Origin: Thermodesulfovibrionales bacterium
GTDB taxonomy: Bacteria > Nitrospirota > Thermodesulfovibrionia > Thermodesulfovibrionales > UBA6898
Assembly (NCBI GenBank): GCA_044450345.1
Contig: JBIOIY010000015.1
Location: forward strand, 1-45,832
Direction of reading: 5' to 3'
DNA length: 45,832 nucleotides
Each line of letters begins with the position of its first letter. Positions within the stretch are counted from its first letter, which is position 1. Positions 9,901 through 17,608 of this stretch are shown piece after piece. Made by a program: the position numbers and the translations under genes. Under the pieces are notes generated by a model, which saw nothing but the letters and a program-made list of their open reading frames with translations, did no database searches and was not told where the DNA came from.

Positions 9901-10489
9901 TGTCCTCGCTTCCGGAGAAGACATCAATATCATGATCCTTGATACCGAAGTCTATTCGAATACCGGCGGACAGATGTCTAAGTCGACCCCGCTTGCTGCT
10001 ATGGCGCAATTCGCCGCAGGGGGGAAGAGGACGCCGAAAAAAAGCATCGGCGCGATAATGACCACCTATGGAAATGTGTATGTGGCACAGATCGCCTTCG
10101 GTGCAAACCAGGCGCAGGCGGTCAGGGCAATGGCAGAGGCAGATGCATACAAAGGGCCGTCGTTGATTATCGCCTATGCGACATGCATAGCGCAGGGTAT
10201 AGACATGGGCAGGGGCGTCGACGAGCAGAAGAAGGCGGTCTCCTGCGGACACTGGCCGCTCTTCCGCTTTAACCCTGACCTTGAGGCACAGGGTAAGCCG
10301 CCTTTTATAATCGACAGCCAGGAGCCGACTATATCGTTCGAGGAATACGCGTACGGGGAGAACCGCTACAAGGCTCTGAAGATGAGCAGCCCGGAACTAG
10401 CGGCCGAGCTCATGAAGCAGGCCGAGGCGAACGTGAAGAGGAGATGGAAATACCTCAAGCATCTGGCGAAATGGACGCCGGGAGAGTAA
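6905..10489 (+). CDS. nifJ: Pyruvate:ferredoxin (flavodoxin) oxidoreductase, single-chain type
   Basis: YPITPS, two ferredoxin motifs (CIQCGQCSFVCP, CTGCGSCVYVCP), GACAGCGE, ATGCSSIYGG and TPP-binding GGDGWAYDIG. 1194 aa. AGGAGG RBS. Confidence 0.97.
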   Translation: MARKMVTVDGCTACAHVVHATNEIITIYPITPSSPIAEICDAKTAAGQANIWGSVPRVSQMQSEAGVAGAVHGSLATGALATTISASQGLLLIVPNMYKIAGELTPTVFHITARSLACQGLSIFGDHSDVMAARSTGFAMLCSKNVQEAMDFALIAQAATLESRVPFIHFFDGFRTSHEIQKIEELSFDDMRAMIDDDLVIAQRMRGLTPDRPVIRGTAQNPDVYFQGRETVNRFYDATPMIVRKAMDRFAALVGRQYRLFDYYGDQNAERVVVVMGSAGETLESTVDALNAKGERLGIIQVRLYRPFSADALADVLPSTTKAIAVLDRTKEPGALGEPLYLDVRTAVGEAMERGTAKVAQYPKIVGGRYGLGSKDFTPAMAKAVFDNLAKTAPKNHFTIGINDDLTSTSLDYDESFRIEGSGVFRALFYGLGADGTVGANKNTIKIIGTETENYAQGYFVYDSKKSGAITISHLRFGKEKIHDPYLVPKANFIACHNTSFLEKYDMLANAEEKSTFLLTTSHGKKEVWDSLPAEVQEHLISKKMKFFIIDALSLAEELGLGTRINMIMQTAFFVISGIIPKEDAIKSIKEQIKKTYYKKGDEVIKMNYAAVDKGLQNIVEVPVPAAVSSKIRMRPPVPGDAPEFVRNVTAKMIEGKGDALPVSAIPPDGTWPTGTTQYEKRNIGVHIPIWEPDLCIQCGQCSFVCPHATIRIKAYDPSLLKDAPSTFRSVDATGKDLKGLKFTVQVAPEDCTGCGSCVYVCPGFKKDADGKKIPDHKAINMKPQEPLREQETDNYRFFLNLPDTDPSKFNAASVKGSQLVKPLFEYHGACAGCGETPYIKLLTQLFGDHLLIANATGCSSIYGGNLPTTPYTKRADGRGPAWANSLFEDNAEFGFGMKQTVTKFNSQALELLDRVSARPEYFGSRGLFDALKNSDQSTQKGIEEQRTRVEELKKLISKDASPEAKSLFSLADYLVKKTVWAIGGDGWAYDIGYGGLDHVLASGEDINIMILDTEVYSNTGGQMSKSTPLAAMAQFAAGGKRTPKKSIGAIMTTYGNVYVAQIAFGANQAQAVRAMAEADAYKGPSLIIAYATCIAQGIDMGRGVDEQKKAVSCGHWPLFRFNPDLEAQGKPPFIIDSQEPTISFEEYAYGENRYKALKMSSPELAAELMKQAEANVKRRWKYLKHLAKWTPGE

Positions 10490-10495
10490 TTTTGT

Positions 10496-10522
10496 AAAAG
10501 GGCAGGCCTATGTGCCTGCCCT
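10496..10522. terminator. GC-rich hairpin between convergent nifJ and phnD-like genes (terminator or REP-like)
   Basis: AGGGCAGGC-CTATGT-GCCTGCCCT is a perfect 9-bp stem. It is followed by a T4 run on the minus strand. Confidence 0.55.
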
Positions 10523-10791
10523 CATTCATATTGGGTAACACACGGAATGCCTGTAAGGGCTGCACTCCACCTTTCCCCCTTTTGCAGCTTTCGACCCGTA
10601 CTATGTTACGCCTTTTTCTTAAATCCATCGACCAACCGATTCTTTCAAGAAACCGAAACTCTATCAAGGTTACAACTGGAATAAAACACTGCTGGAAAGA
10701 CCTGAAGACGTTTATTGCCGCCACTACTCTTGTTTTTCCTGGCAGACCCGCGGCTCTCGATTATGGGAGTTCTTCCTCCTTGAAGTCCTCA

Positions 10792-11700
10792 CTATTTATT
10801 GGCATAGTCATAAGTATCGAGATTGAGACCAATATCCTTTGCGCATTTGTACACAGGGTCGTAATCTTTATCCTTTGTTTCAATAAATCTCCTGGCACCA
10901 AAATTCTTCAAAACACTTCTGCCGTCCGGATCATTATGCATGTTTAAGAGAGCATCTTTCAGTTTTTTCTTGATGGGATCATCGATGTCGTTTCTCACAG
11001 CCAGCCCGTTCTCCGGCACATCAGGAGACATATCAAGAATAATGAGTTCGTTCTTTATTCTGTTATCAGTCCGTGCCATTCTCTCGAATACCGTATTTTT
11101 GGCGGCACCTATATCCGCCCTTTTATTGAGGACATCGTTTATTGCATCGCCATGAGTTCCCGCAAAGTAGGTCTCACGCAAATAAGTTTTATAATTTTTG
11201 ATCCCGTGCTTTTTAAAATACGCCAAAGGGAGCAGATATCCCGCCGTAGTCGCCTTATCCACAAACGCAAATCTTTTTCCTCTCATGTCCTTCGCAGTTC
11301 TTATCCCGCTGTCTCCTCTCACAAAGATTAATCCGTGATAAGTGGATACGCCATCAAGGTCTTCAGGTCTTGCCAAGACTTCAATACTTAATTTTGAATG
11401 TGCCAACGTGTAGGTAAAACTTCCCAAAAAAGCGCCATCCAGGCCAAGAGAGAAGAAGTTATCAATAATGTTCCCATACTCGGTGAGAACCTTCAGCGTT
11501 ATCTTCGCACCGACCTTTTCAGAGAGATAATCAGCAAGTGGTTGATACCGGTTCATTTGATCGAATATGTTCTGCTCAGGGATAACACCGATCACAAGGA
11601 CTTTCCCTTGGAATACCTTCTTTGGAGGGGTCGTCTCTGTCTTGGTACAACCCGTTAAGATAGGCAAGAGGAAGCAAATTATAAGAAATAATGTGGGCAT
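10792..11700 (-). CDS. Phosphate/phosphite/phosphonate ABC-type substrate-binding lipoprotein (PhnD-like), with no adjacent transporter genes
   Basis: Lipobox LTGC after a hydrophobic signal (start MPTLF). YHGLIFVR, GKRFAFVDKATTAGYLLP, GTHGDAINDV and D..YDPV motifs. Confidence 0.85.
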   Translation of the reverse strand: MPTLFLIICFLLPILTGCTKTETTPPKKVFQGKVLVIGVIPEQNIFDQMNRYQPLADYLSEKVGAKITLKVLTEYGNIIDNFFSLGLDGAFLGSFTYTLAHSKLSIEVLARPEDLDGVSTYHGLIFVRGDSGIRTAKDMRGKRFAFVDKATTAGYLLPLAYFKKHGIKNYKTYLRETYFAGTHGDAINDVLNKRADIGAAKNTVFERMARTDNRIKNELIILDMSPDVPENGLAVRNDIDDPIKKKLKDALLNMHNDPDGRSVLKNFGARRFIETKDKDYDPVYKCAKDIGLNLDTYDYANK

Positions 11701-12064
11701 GCCTGAATAAATATAAAAGGTTTCGTCGCTGGATTGCAAGAGTTATTAACGCTCATCCGACAACTGCCCTATGAGTTCTATGATGTGAAATACCAGATAT
11801 GTTTTAATTCTGTAGTTCATATCGTTGCGCAGAAGCTCATCTGTGCGGGTTATAGGGAATAACCGTGAATCGTGGCTGCTCCTCAAATCTATTTGTTACG
11901 ACAGGGATAAAACAGTTCTTTAAATCCGAAACTGCCGAGGATTACAGGAAGTAACTTGCCGGGCGTGTTACGTCCTGAAAGAAGTGCAGTCCATCCAGGG
12001 GAGGGCGAATGGGAACATGGGGTCCGGGAAAGGATTGCCCAATAAGAGGGTTGCAATTTTCCGA

Positions 12065-12463
12065 TTATCCCCTCAGGTGTTTCCAGAATTCTCTCGGAGT
12101 TACTATTTTTATTCCGTTATATTTTTTTAAGACCAAGAGGTCCTTGTCCCCTGTTATGATAAAATCCGCATCTCCGCCTAAAGCGGTCCCGATGATCCTG
12201 TCGTCGCTTTTATCCCTGCATACGGGCTTATCAACTACTTCTGGCTGTACTATTTCAGTCACGTCCCTTAAATATTGAATTATCTCTTGAACGACGGCGC
12301 GAGGGAGATGAATTTTAGCAACAAGGTTTTCCTTTGTCTCTGAGAGGATGTGCTCACTTATGACAATGTTATGTCCCTCCAGGCAGACCTCAAACACTTC
12401 AGCACAAAGGCCCCTGGCAGAAAAGGCCGCAATGATTACATTGGTGTCGAGCACCACTCTCAC
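12065..12463 (-). CDS. PIN-domain toxin of a putative type II toxin-antitoxin system
   Basis: MRVVLDTNV, CRDKSDD, ADFIITGDKDLL and IVTPREF. Overlaps the antitoxin stop codon (GTGA). Confidence 0.92.
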   Translation of the reverse strand: MRVVLDTNVIIAAFSARGLCAEVFEVCLEGHNIVISEHILSETKENLVAKIHLPRAVVQEIIQYLRDVTEIVQPEVVDKPVCRDKSDDRIIGTALGGDADFIITGDKDLLVLKKYNGIKIVTPREFWKHLRG

Positions 12464-12678
12464 GAGATGGCCTTGAAGATATCCTCGTCGGTGAGCAGCC
12501 CTTCCGCCTCTGCAAAAGGCAGTGCCTTTTTTCGCAATTGCTGAAACCGTCTTACTGCGAGATAGCGGGCAACGGCGTCCCGGATGACTTCGCTTTTTGA
12601 CGCCTTCTCTGCCTTTGCAACGATGTCCAGTTCCTTCTGTAGTTTGTCAGTCAGCCGTATTGTGATGGTCTCTTTCAT
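12460..12678 (-). CDS. Ribbon-helix-helix (CopG family) antitoxin
   Basis: TITIRL beta-ribbon followed by SKSEVIRDAV. 72 aa, directly upstream of the PIN toxin. GGAGG RBS. Confidence 0.88.
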   Translation of the reverse strand: MKETITIRLTDKLQKELDIVAKAEKASKSEVIRDAVARYLAVRRFQQLRKKALPFAEAEGLLTDEDIFKAIS

Positions 12679-12692
12679 GTCCAGCCTCCCTT

Positions 12693-12731
12693 ATGTAAGA
12701 CAATGTAACACAATTAGAACCACTGCGTCAA
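12693..12731 (-). promoter_or_regulatory. Putative TA promoter with a tandem 10-bp operator
   Basis: Minus-strand TTGACG (12726-12731) and TACATT (12702-12707), 18 bp apart. The -10 lies inside the tandem repeat ATGTAAGACA-ATGTAACACA (12693-12712). Confidence 0.55.
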
Positions 12732-12768
12732 AGGCACAATAAGAGGGATTGAAAAAAAAGCGGTTAAC

Positions 12769-12795
12769 CGCAGAGCACACGGAGATCACAGAGAA
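12769..12795. repeat. Three-unit, 9-bp period repeat (CRCRGAGnn)
   Basis: CGCAGAGCA-CACGGAGAT-CACAGAGAA. Confidence 0.55.
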
Positions 12796-12905
12796 GGGAT
12801 AACCGGAGCACTGCGACTGCCGGGGTCTCCCTAGTGTAGTGTTTCTAACGCTTCTTTACATAAATGCAGCAACGACCAAAGTCCCCGCGAAAGGGCATAA
12901 ATGGC

Positions 12906-12962
12906 TGTCATTGCGGCTTGTCCGCAATCCTTCTGAAAGATTCCAGACAAGCTGGAATGACA
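12906..12962. repeat. REP-like inverted dimer (two 24-nt hairpin units)
   Basis: TGTCATTGCGGCTTGTCCGCAATC and GATTCCAGACAAGCTGGAATGACA are reverse complements with 4 mismatches. Each unit is itself a 7-bp hairpin with a 5-nt loop. Confidence 0.8.
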
Positions 12963-12994
12963 ATCATAAGGAAAAAGATTTAAGAAACACTACA

Positions 12995-13474
12995 CTAATA
13001 ATCTTCCAGGTGATACCACTCGGGGTTTTCGAGCCAGATGTTCGGCTGGCTGACGAACTTGATGATGTTTTCGAGGATACGGTAGTGCCTCTTCTCCTCC
13101 TCCGCGATCTTCAGGAATATTTCCTTCTGGTCGGGGACTACCTCTGCGGCCTTGGCCAGATAGAAATCCCGGGTCTGTTCCTCGATCCCCTGGGCCTTCT
13201 CATAGAGTTCGACCTCTGAAACATCGGCCTCGAACTGCTTCTTTTCTTTCATCTGGATGAAGATATTCTTGACGTCATTCAGGATCAGGGAGCCCGACAG
13301 CAGGACCTTATCGTTGTTCTTCATATTCTGGAAAAGCTTGTAGTGTTTCACCTCGGCGTCGGCGAGCATCGTGAGGATTGTTCTTAACCCCTTGTTCGTT
13401 GTTCGCGAAGCGACTTCCCGGTAGAAATCCTCGCCGTCTTTTTCCAACTGCATCGCATATTCATAAATGTCCAC
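12995..13474 (-). CDS. Rubrerythrin/ferritin-like family protein
   Basis: Two E...FY...ExxH half-sites (AMQLEKDGEDFY...AEVKH and AQGIEEQTRDFY...EEKRH). GTG start with GGAGG. Confidence 0.9.
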   Translation of the reverse strand: MDIYEYAMQLEKDGEDFYREVASRTTNKGLRTILTMLADAEVKHYKLFQNMKNNDKVLLSGSLILNDVKNIFIQMKEKKQFEADVSEVELYEKAQGIEEQTRDFYLAKAAEVVPDQKEIFLKIAEEEKRHYRILENIIKFVSQPNIWLENPEWYHLEDY

Positions 13475-13609
13475 GGTAAGACCTCCCTTTCTCTTAATCG
13501 ATGTAAGCCTGATGCGATCTTATATCACCTAATTACATAGTAGTTTCATTCCGGCGAAATGACAAGCATAAAATTTGGTCTGTGAATTATTTTCCGTGCA
13601 GATTACAAT

Positions 13610-14464
13610 ATGAGCATGACGAGCGTTGAGGAACGGCTGAGGGCCGCGCTGACCGCGCGTGGAGAGGAACTCTGGACGCTTGTCAGAGATCCCCACCCGG
13701 AAGTCGTATCGCAGGCGACACTCAACAGGAACCTTACCGAGGAGATGGCGGTTTTCGTCGCAAAGGGGAAAATCGCATCTGCCGAAACGCTCGGGTTTCT
13801 CGCGGGCGACGTCAGGTTCAAGGGCAGCTATAAACTGAAGCTCGCGATATGCAAGAACCCCAGGACGCCTCAGAAGGTGACGCTCTCCATGCTGAAATTC
13901 ATCAGGCTCTTTGACCTTTCGGACATCACGCGTGACCAGCATATTCCTATCAATATACGGCAGAAGGTCGAAAGCATGATAGCCGAGAGGATACCTGCCA
14001 TGCCCGTCGGGAACAAGACCGCGCTTGCGAAGAGGGCGTCCACGAACACCCTGCTTTCCCTCATGGAACGCGGCGACGAAAGGGTCATAAGTATCTGTCT
14101 TGACAGCCCGTCGCTCGCCGAGGCCCATCTATACAAGCTCATCAATAACGCCCGAACAAAGCCTGCCGTGATAAAGATGCTTGCCGGCCATACGAAATGG
14201 TCCCTAAGTTATTTTGTGAGGTTTGCCCTGATACGGAATTTCTATACCCCCATGCTGTTTGTCGCCAAATTTATCACGCAGATGAAGACTAACGATCTTA
14301 AAGACCTTTATTCCGACCCGAAGGTCCCGTCGTCGACGAAACCTTTTATATTCCGGGAACTCGGCCAACGGGGCGAGACAGTCGATATCCAGCAGGAAGT
14401 GACTTATGACCTGTACGACGACGATGACCGCGGCTTGTCGGATCCGGGGAGTAATTCGGAATAA
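13610..14464 (+). CDS. Hypothetical helical-repeat protein (LRV/HEAT-like)
   Basis: 284-aa ORF with repeats such as DPHPEVVSQATLNRNL, LAICKNPRTP and VRFALIRNFYTP, and an acidic tail. Confidence 0.75.
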   Translation: MSMTSVEERLRAALTARGEELWTLVRDPHPEVVSQATLNRNLTEEMAVFVAKGKIASAETLGFLAGDVRFKGSYKLKLAICKNPRTPQKVTLSMLKFIRLFDLSDITRDQHIPINIRQKVESMIAERIPAMPVGNKTALAKRASTNTLLSLMERGDERVISICLDSPSLAEAHLYKLINNARTKPAVIKMLAGHTKWSLSYFVRFALIRNFYTPMLFVAKFITQMKTNDLKDLYSDPKVPSSTKPFIFRELGQRGETVDIQQEVTYDLYDDDDRGLSDPGSNSE

Positions 14465-14483
14465 CTGATAAATCCATACGTCT

Positions 14484-14927
14484 TTACCCCATCCAATACC
14501 CTATCCATTCGTCCAGCTGTGTCCTCGAAACAGCCCCGTTGATCTCATTGACCTGTTGTCCGCCACGGTAAAGGGTCAGCCTCGGCAGAGACATGACATC
14601 GAATCGCCTTGCGAGAGAGATCTCCTTCTCCGTGTTTACCATGACGACCTTGAGCCTGCCTGCCATTCGCACGGCCAGTTCCTGAATGGCCGGCATCATG
14701 CCCCGGCAGTGGGCGCACCATGGCGCCCAGTAGAAGACGAGCACAAGACCCGGGGAATCGAAGACCTCGGAATCAAAATTTGCGCCAGTACCTTCAACCG
14801 GGGCACGCGGGAAGTCCAGATAGGCCTTGCATTTTCCGCATTTTGGCGTTTCAGCGAGTCTGTCAACCGGTACCCGGTTTACGGTCCTGCAGGACCTGCA
14901 TCTCAAGAGAGCGGCGCTGTTACTCAT
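14484..14927 (-). CDS. trxC: Thioredoxin 2-like protein with N-terminal zinc finger
   Basis: CRSC...NRVP...PKCGKC zinc finger, WAPWCAHC active site and cis-Pro in SLP. Confidence 0.85.
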   Translation of the reverse strand: MSNSAALLRCRSCRTVNRVPVDRLAETPKCGKCKAYLDFPRAPVEGTGANFDSEVFDSPGLVLVFYWAPWCAHCRGMMPAIQELAVRMAGRLKVVMVNTEKEISLARRFDVMSLPRLTLYRGGQQVNEINGAVSRTQLDEWIGYWMG

Positions 14928-15028
14928 CGTTTTCCTCCATACAGATTAGCACAGAACAAGGAGCATTCAAGTTTTACTATTTACCCCTGTGTCATGTAAA
15001 ATTTAAAAAAATCAAAAGGGAGTACATT

Positions 15029-16063
15029 ATGTTGATCGTAATGCATCACTGGGCTACCGCTAAAGACGTAGAGACCGTCAAAAAGACGATCTCCAGCCTC
15101 GGCCTCAAGCCCGTGGCTATCCCCGGGGCGGAGAGGACCGCCATTGGAGTGATAGGGAACCAGGGGTGGGTGGATGACTCGCCGTTCAGGGGCATCGGGG
15201 CGGTAATGGAGATCATCCATGTCACGAAGCCCTACAAGCTTGTAAGCAGGGACTTCCACCCGGCCGATACCGTCGTCAAACTGCCGGGAAGGGTCAGGAT
15301 AGGGGGAAAATCACCCCTTGTCATAATCGCAGGTCCCTGCGCAATAGAGAGCAGAGAACAGATATTCAAGACAGCGCGTTTCCTGAAGAAGACAGGGGTC
15401 ACTATTTTAAGAGGAGGCGCGTATAAGCCCCGGACCAGCCCTCATAGTTTCCAGGGGCTGAGGGAGGAGGGACTGGAGCTTCTGGATGCGGTGAGAAAGG
15501 AGGTCGGGATCCTGGTAGTCACCGAGGTAATGAGTCCCGAGCATGTCGGGATGGTGGCCGGAAAGGTCGACATTCTCCAGATCGGGGCGAGAAATATGCA
15601 AAATTACGATCTCCTCACCGAAGTGGGAAAGACAAAGAAACCCGTGGTTTTGAAACGGGGGCTTTCGGCGACAGTCGAAGAATGGCTGGCGTCAGCCGAG
15701 TATATACTGCTTGGGGGCAACCGTAATGTAATTCTCTGCGAGCGGGGCATAAGGACCTTCGAACCCTCTACGAGGAACACGGCGGACCTTTCAATAATAC
15801 CCCTGGTCAAATCGATCTCGCATCTGCCGGTGATCTTCGATCCGAGCCACGCAACCGGGAAGAGGAGCCTGGTGCCGCACATGGCGTTAGCCTCTGTCGT
15901 GGTGGGAGCCCACGGTGTTATGGTTGAGGTCCATCCGGATCCGGAGCATGCCCTTTCGGACGGACCCCAGTCGCTTCACTTTAAGGAGTTCGAGTCCCTA
16001 AAAAAAAGGATCGCCGCGCTCGAAGGGTTTATGAAAAAGAGCTCTAACTGCAGTCGTCTTTGA
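15029..16063 (+). CDS. aroF: 3-deoxy-7-phosphoheptulonate (DAHP) synthase, type I-beta with N-terminal regulatory domain
   Basis: IAGPCAIES, RGGAYKPRTSPHSFQGL, QIGARNMQN, LKRG, CERGIRTFE, DPSHATG and EVHPDP..ALSDG. Start at MLIVM has GGGAG upstream. The longer ORF from 14720 overlaps trxC. Confidence 0.95.
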   Translation: MLIVMHHWATAKDVETVKKTISSLGLKPVAIPGAERTAIGVIGNQGWVDDSPFRGIGAVMEIIHVTKPYKLVSRDFHPADTVVKLPGRVRIGGKSPLVIIAGPCAIESREQIFKTARFLKKTGVTILRGGAYKPRTSPHSFQGLREEGLELLDAVRKEVGILVVTEVMSPEHVGMVAGKVDILQIGARNMQNYDLLTEVGKTKKPVVLKRGLSATVEEWLASAEYILLGGNRNVILCERGIRTFEPSTRNTADLSIIPLVKSISHLPVIFDPSHATGKRSLVPHMALASVVVGAHGVMVEVHPDPEHALSDGPQSLHFKEFESLKKRIAALEGFMKKSSNCSRL

Positions 16064-16601
16064 TCAGCATCGCCTCTTTTACCACATTTGCTTTTTCCCT
16101 GCCGACGAGTTTTTCAACAATCGCAAGGGCAAAACATAGCGCGGTGCCGGGGCCTCTGCTGGTCATGATATTTCCGTCTTCCACAACGGTTTTATCCTGA
16201 TAGATTGCGCCTCCAAGCTTTTCACTGTAGGAGGGGTAAGCTGTGGCACGTCTGCCTTCGAGGACCCCTGCGTTTGCAAGTACGTAAGGTGCCGCGCATA
16301 TCGCGCCGGTAAGCTTGCCTTTCCTATGGAAATCCCGAATAAGATTCTTAACCTCCCCGCTCGCATTGAGGTTATCGGATCCCGGTTGTCCGCCCGGCAA
16401 GATAATCATATCGAAGTCATCGGCGGTTATCGTGTCAATAGTGGTATCGGGGGCCACTTTTACATGACGTGCGCTTTCTATCAGAGCGCTGTGCAGACCT
16501 GCAACGGTCACCTCTATCCCGGCCCTTCTCAGAACATCGATAATCGCCATAGCCTCTATCTCTTCAAACCCGTCCGCAAGGGGCACTACTACCTTAGGCA
16601 T
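16044..16601 (-). CDS. DJ-1/PfpI family protein (YajL/ThiJ-like)
   Basis: GFEEIEA, DVLRRAG, ILPGG, nucleophile elbow AICAAP and TSRGPGTA. GGAGG before MPKVVV. Confidence 0.92.
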   Translation of the reverse strand: MPKVVVPLADGFEEIEAMAIIDVLRRAGIEVTVAGLHSALIESARHVKVAPDTTIDTITADDFDMIILPGGQPGSDNLNASGEVKNLIRDFHRKGKLTGAICAAPYVLANAGVLEGRRATAYPSYSEKLGGAIYQDKTVVEDGNIMTSRGPGTALCFALAIVEKLVGREKANVVKEAMLIKDDCS

Positions 16602-16706
16602 TGGACACCTCCTGAAATTATTTTCTATTTGCAATTAGGTCTCAGCCCACACTTGCACACTGAAGACTGGCCTCTGTCAAAGTACTGTCTTTGGTGAAAT
16701 AATTCG

Positions 16707-17222
16707 TTATGCCCCGCAGAGGACCTTGATCGTTTTTTTGTCGTCGGCCGTCTTAAAAACGCACGTTGCGGTCTTGCCTGAACTGGTGGTGGAGTAAAAA
16801 TAGTAGATCATGATGCCGGCGTTGGCAATGATCCTGGATATCCTCTCCAGAGCCCCCACTTTGTTTTCGGTTTCCACGAGGACGACCGATGAATCCTGGA
16901 TATCGTCGGCGCCCAGCTTGTCGAGGGCTTTTTCTGCCTTTATAAGATCGTTCACAATCAGGGTGAAGATCGCCTTGCGGCGTGTGCCGCTGGCCGAGTA
17001 TCCAGTGCCGGCGAGTATGTTCACATTCTCTGCTGCGAGTGCCGACGCCACTCTTGCGGTTAACCCCACACAATCCACAAAGGTCGCCGTAATCTCTTTC
17101 GCCGTCCTGGCTGTAAACGCAGGCACTGAGAGCTTCCTGGATGCCGGTGCCTTTTTCGCTACAGGGTTTGCCGCTGTTGTCTTGGCCGTCTTCACGGTCA
17201 CTCTCTTCGCTGCCTTAGTCAT
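16707..17222 (-). CDS. Tandem ACT-domain protein with a Lys/Ala-rich N-terminal tail
   Basis: DCVGLTARVASALAAENVNI and NKVGALERISRIIANAGIMI ACT motifs. AAGGAG upstream. Confidence 0.8.
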   Translation of the reverse strand: MTKAAKRVTVKTAKTTAANPVAKKAPASRKLSVPAFTARTAKEITATFVDCVGLTARVASALAAENVNILAGTGYSASGTRRKAIFTLIVNDLIKAEKALDKLGADDIQDSSVVLVETENKVGALERISRIIANAGIMIYYFYSTTSSGKTATCVFKTADDKKTIKVLCGA

Positions 17223-17608
17223 AGGTTCTCTATCTCCTTATAATGTATTCCTGCCGCCCGGGGGCTGACAGGTGATGGCCGACTGACGGATTGTCTTTGT
17301 TATTGTGAAAAGACGATCTAATTTACTATATCCTGCAGGCAGAGGACAAGCCTCATCCCGACTTTTTAGTCAAGTGAAAGAGGAAGACGACTTTAGGAAT
17401 AAGTCAGTTTTCAGCAGTCGCAACAGAGGGCCAAGGGGAGGGAGTTATGAGAACCGTTTTCGCTATGCCGGGAATGAATTTTCGGCGGGGGAAATGGTAT
17501 AGTGATACGCTGCAATTTGGCGATTTTTTTTCTTTCATCTTTTCGGTGTTAATGGTAAAATTGTAAAGTTATTTTATAAATTCATAAAAAAGGCTTATAA
17601 TTGAAGCT

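Larger units (their letters stand above)
12040..12747. repeat. 11-bp direct repeat CAATAAGAGGG at 12040-12050 and 12737-12747 bracketing the toxin-antitoxin module
   Basis: Exact 11-mer in both immediate flanks. Each copy has AAAGG a few bases upstream and (A)TTG downstream. Confidence 0.55.

Noticed and set aside
14720..15028. 103-aa N-terminal extension of aroF in the ORF track
   Set aside because: It overlaps trxC on the opposite strand. A good RBS and family-typical start exist at 15029.
17278..17340. GACTGACGGA upstream of folE, resembling the 5' part of a ZTP riboswitch
   Set aside because: No downstream GCCGACCGTCTGGG partner or P2 stem was found.
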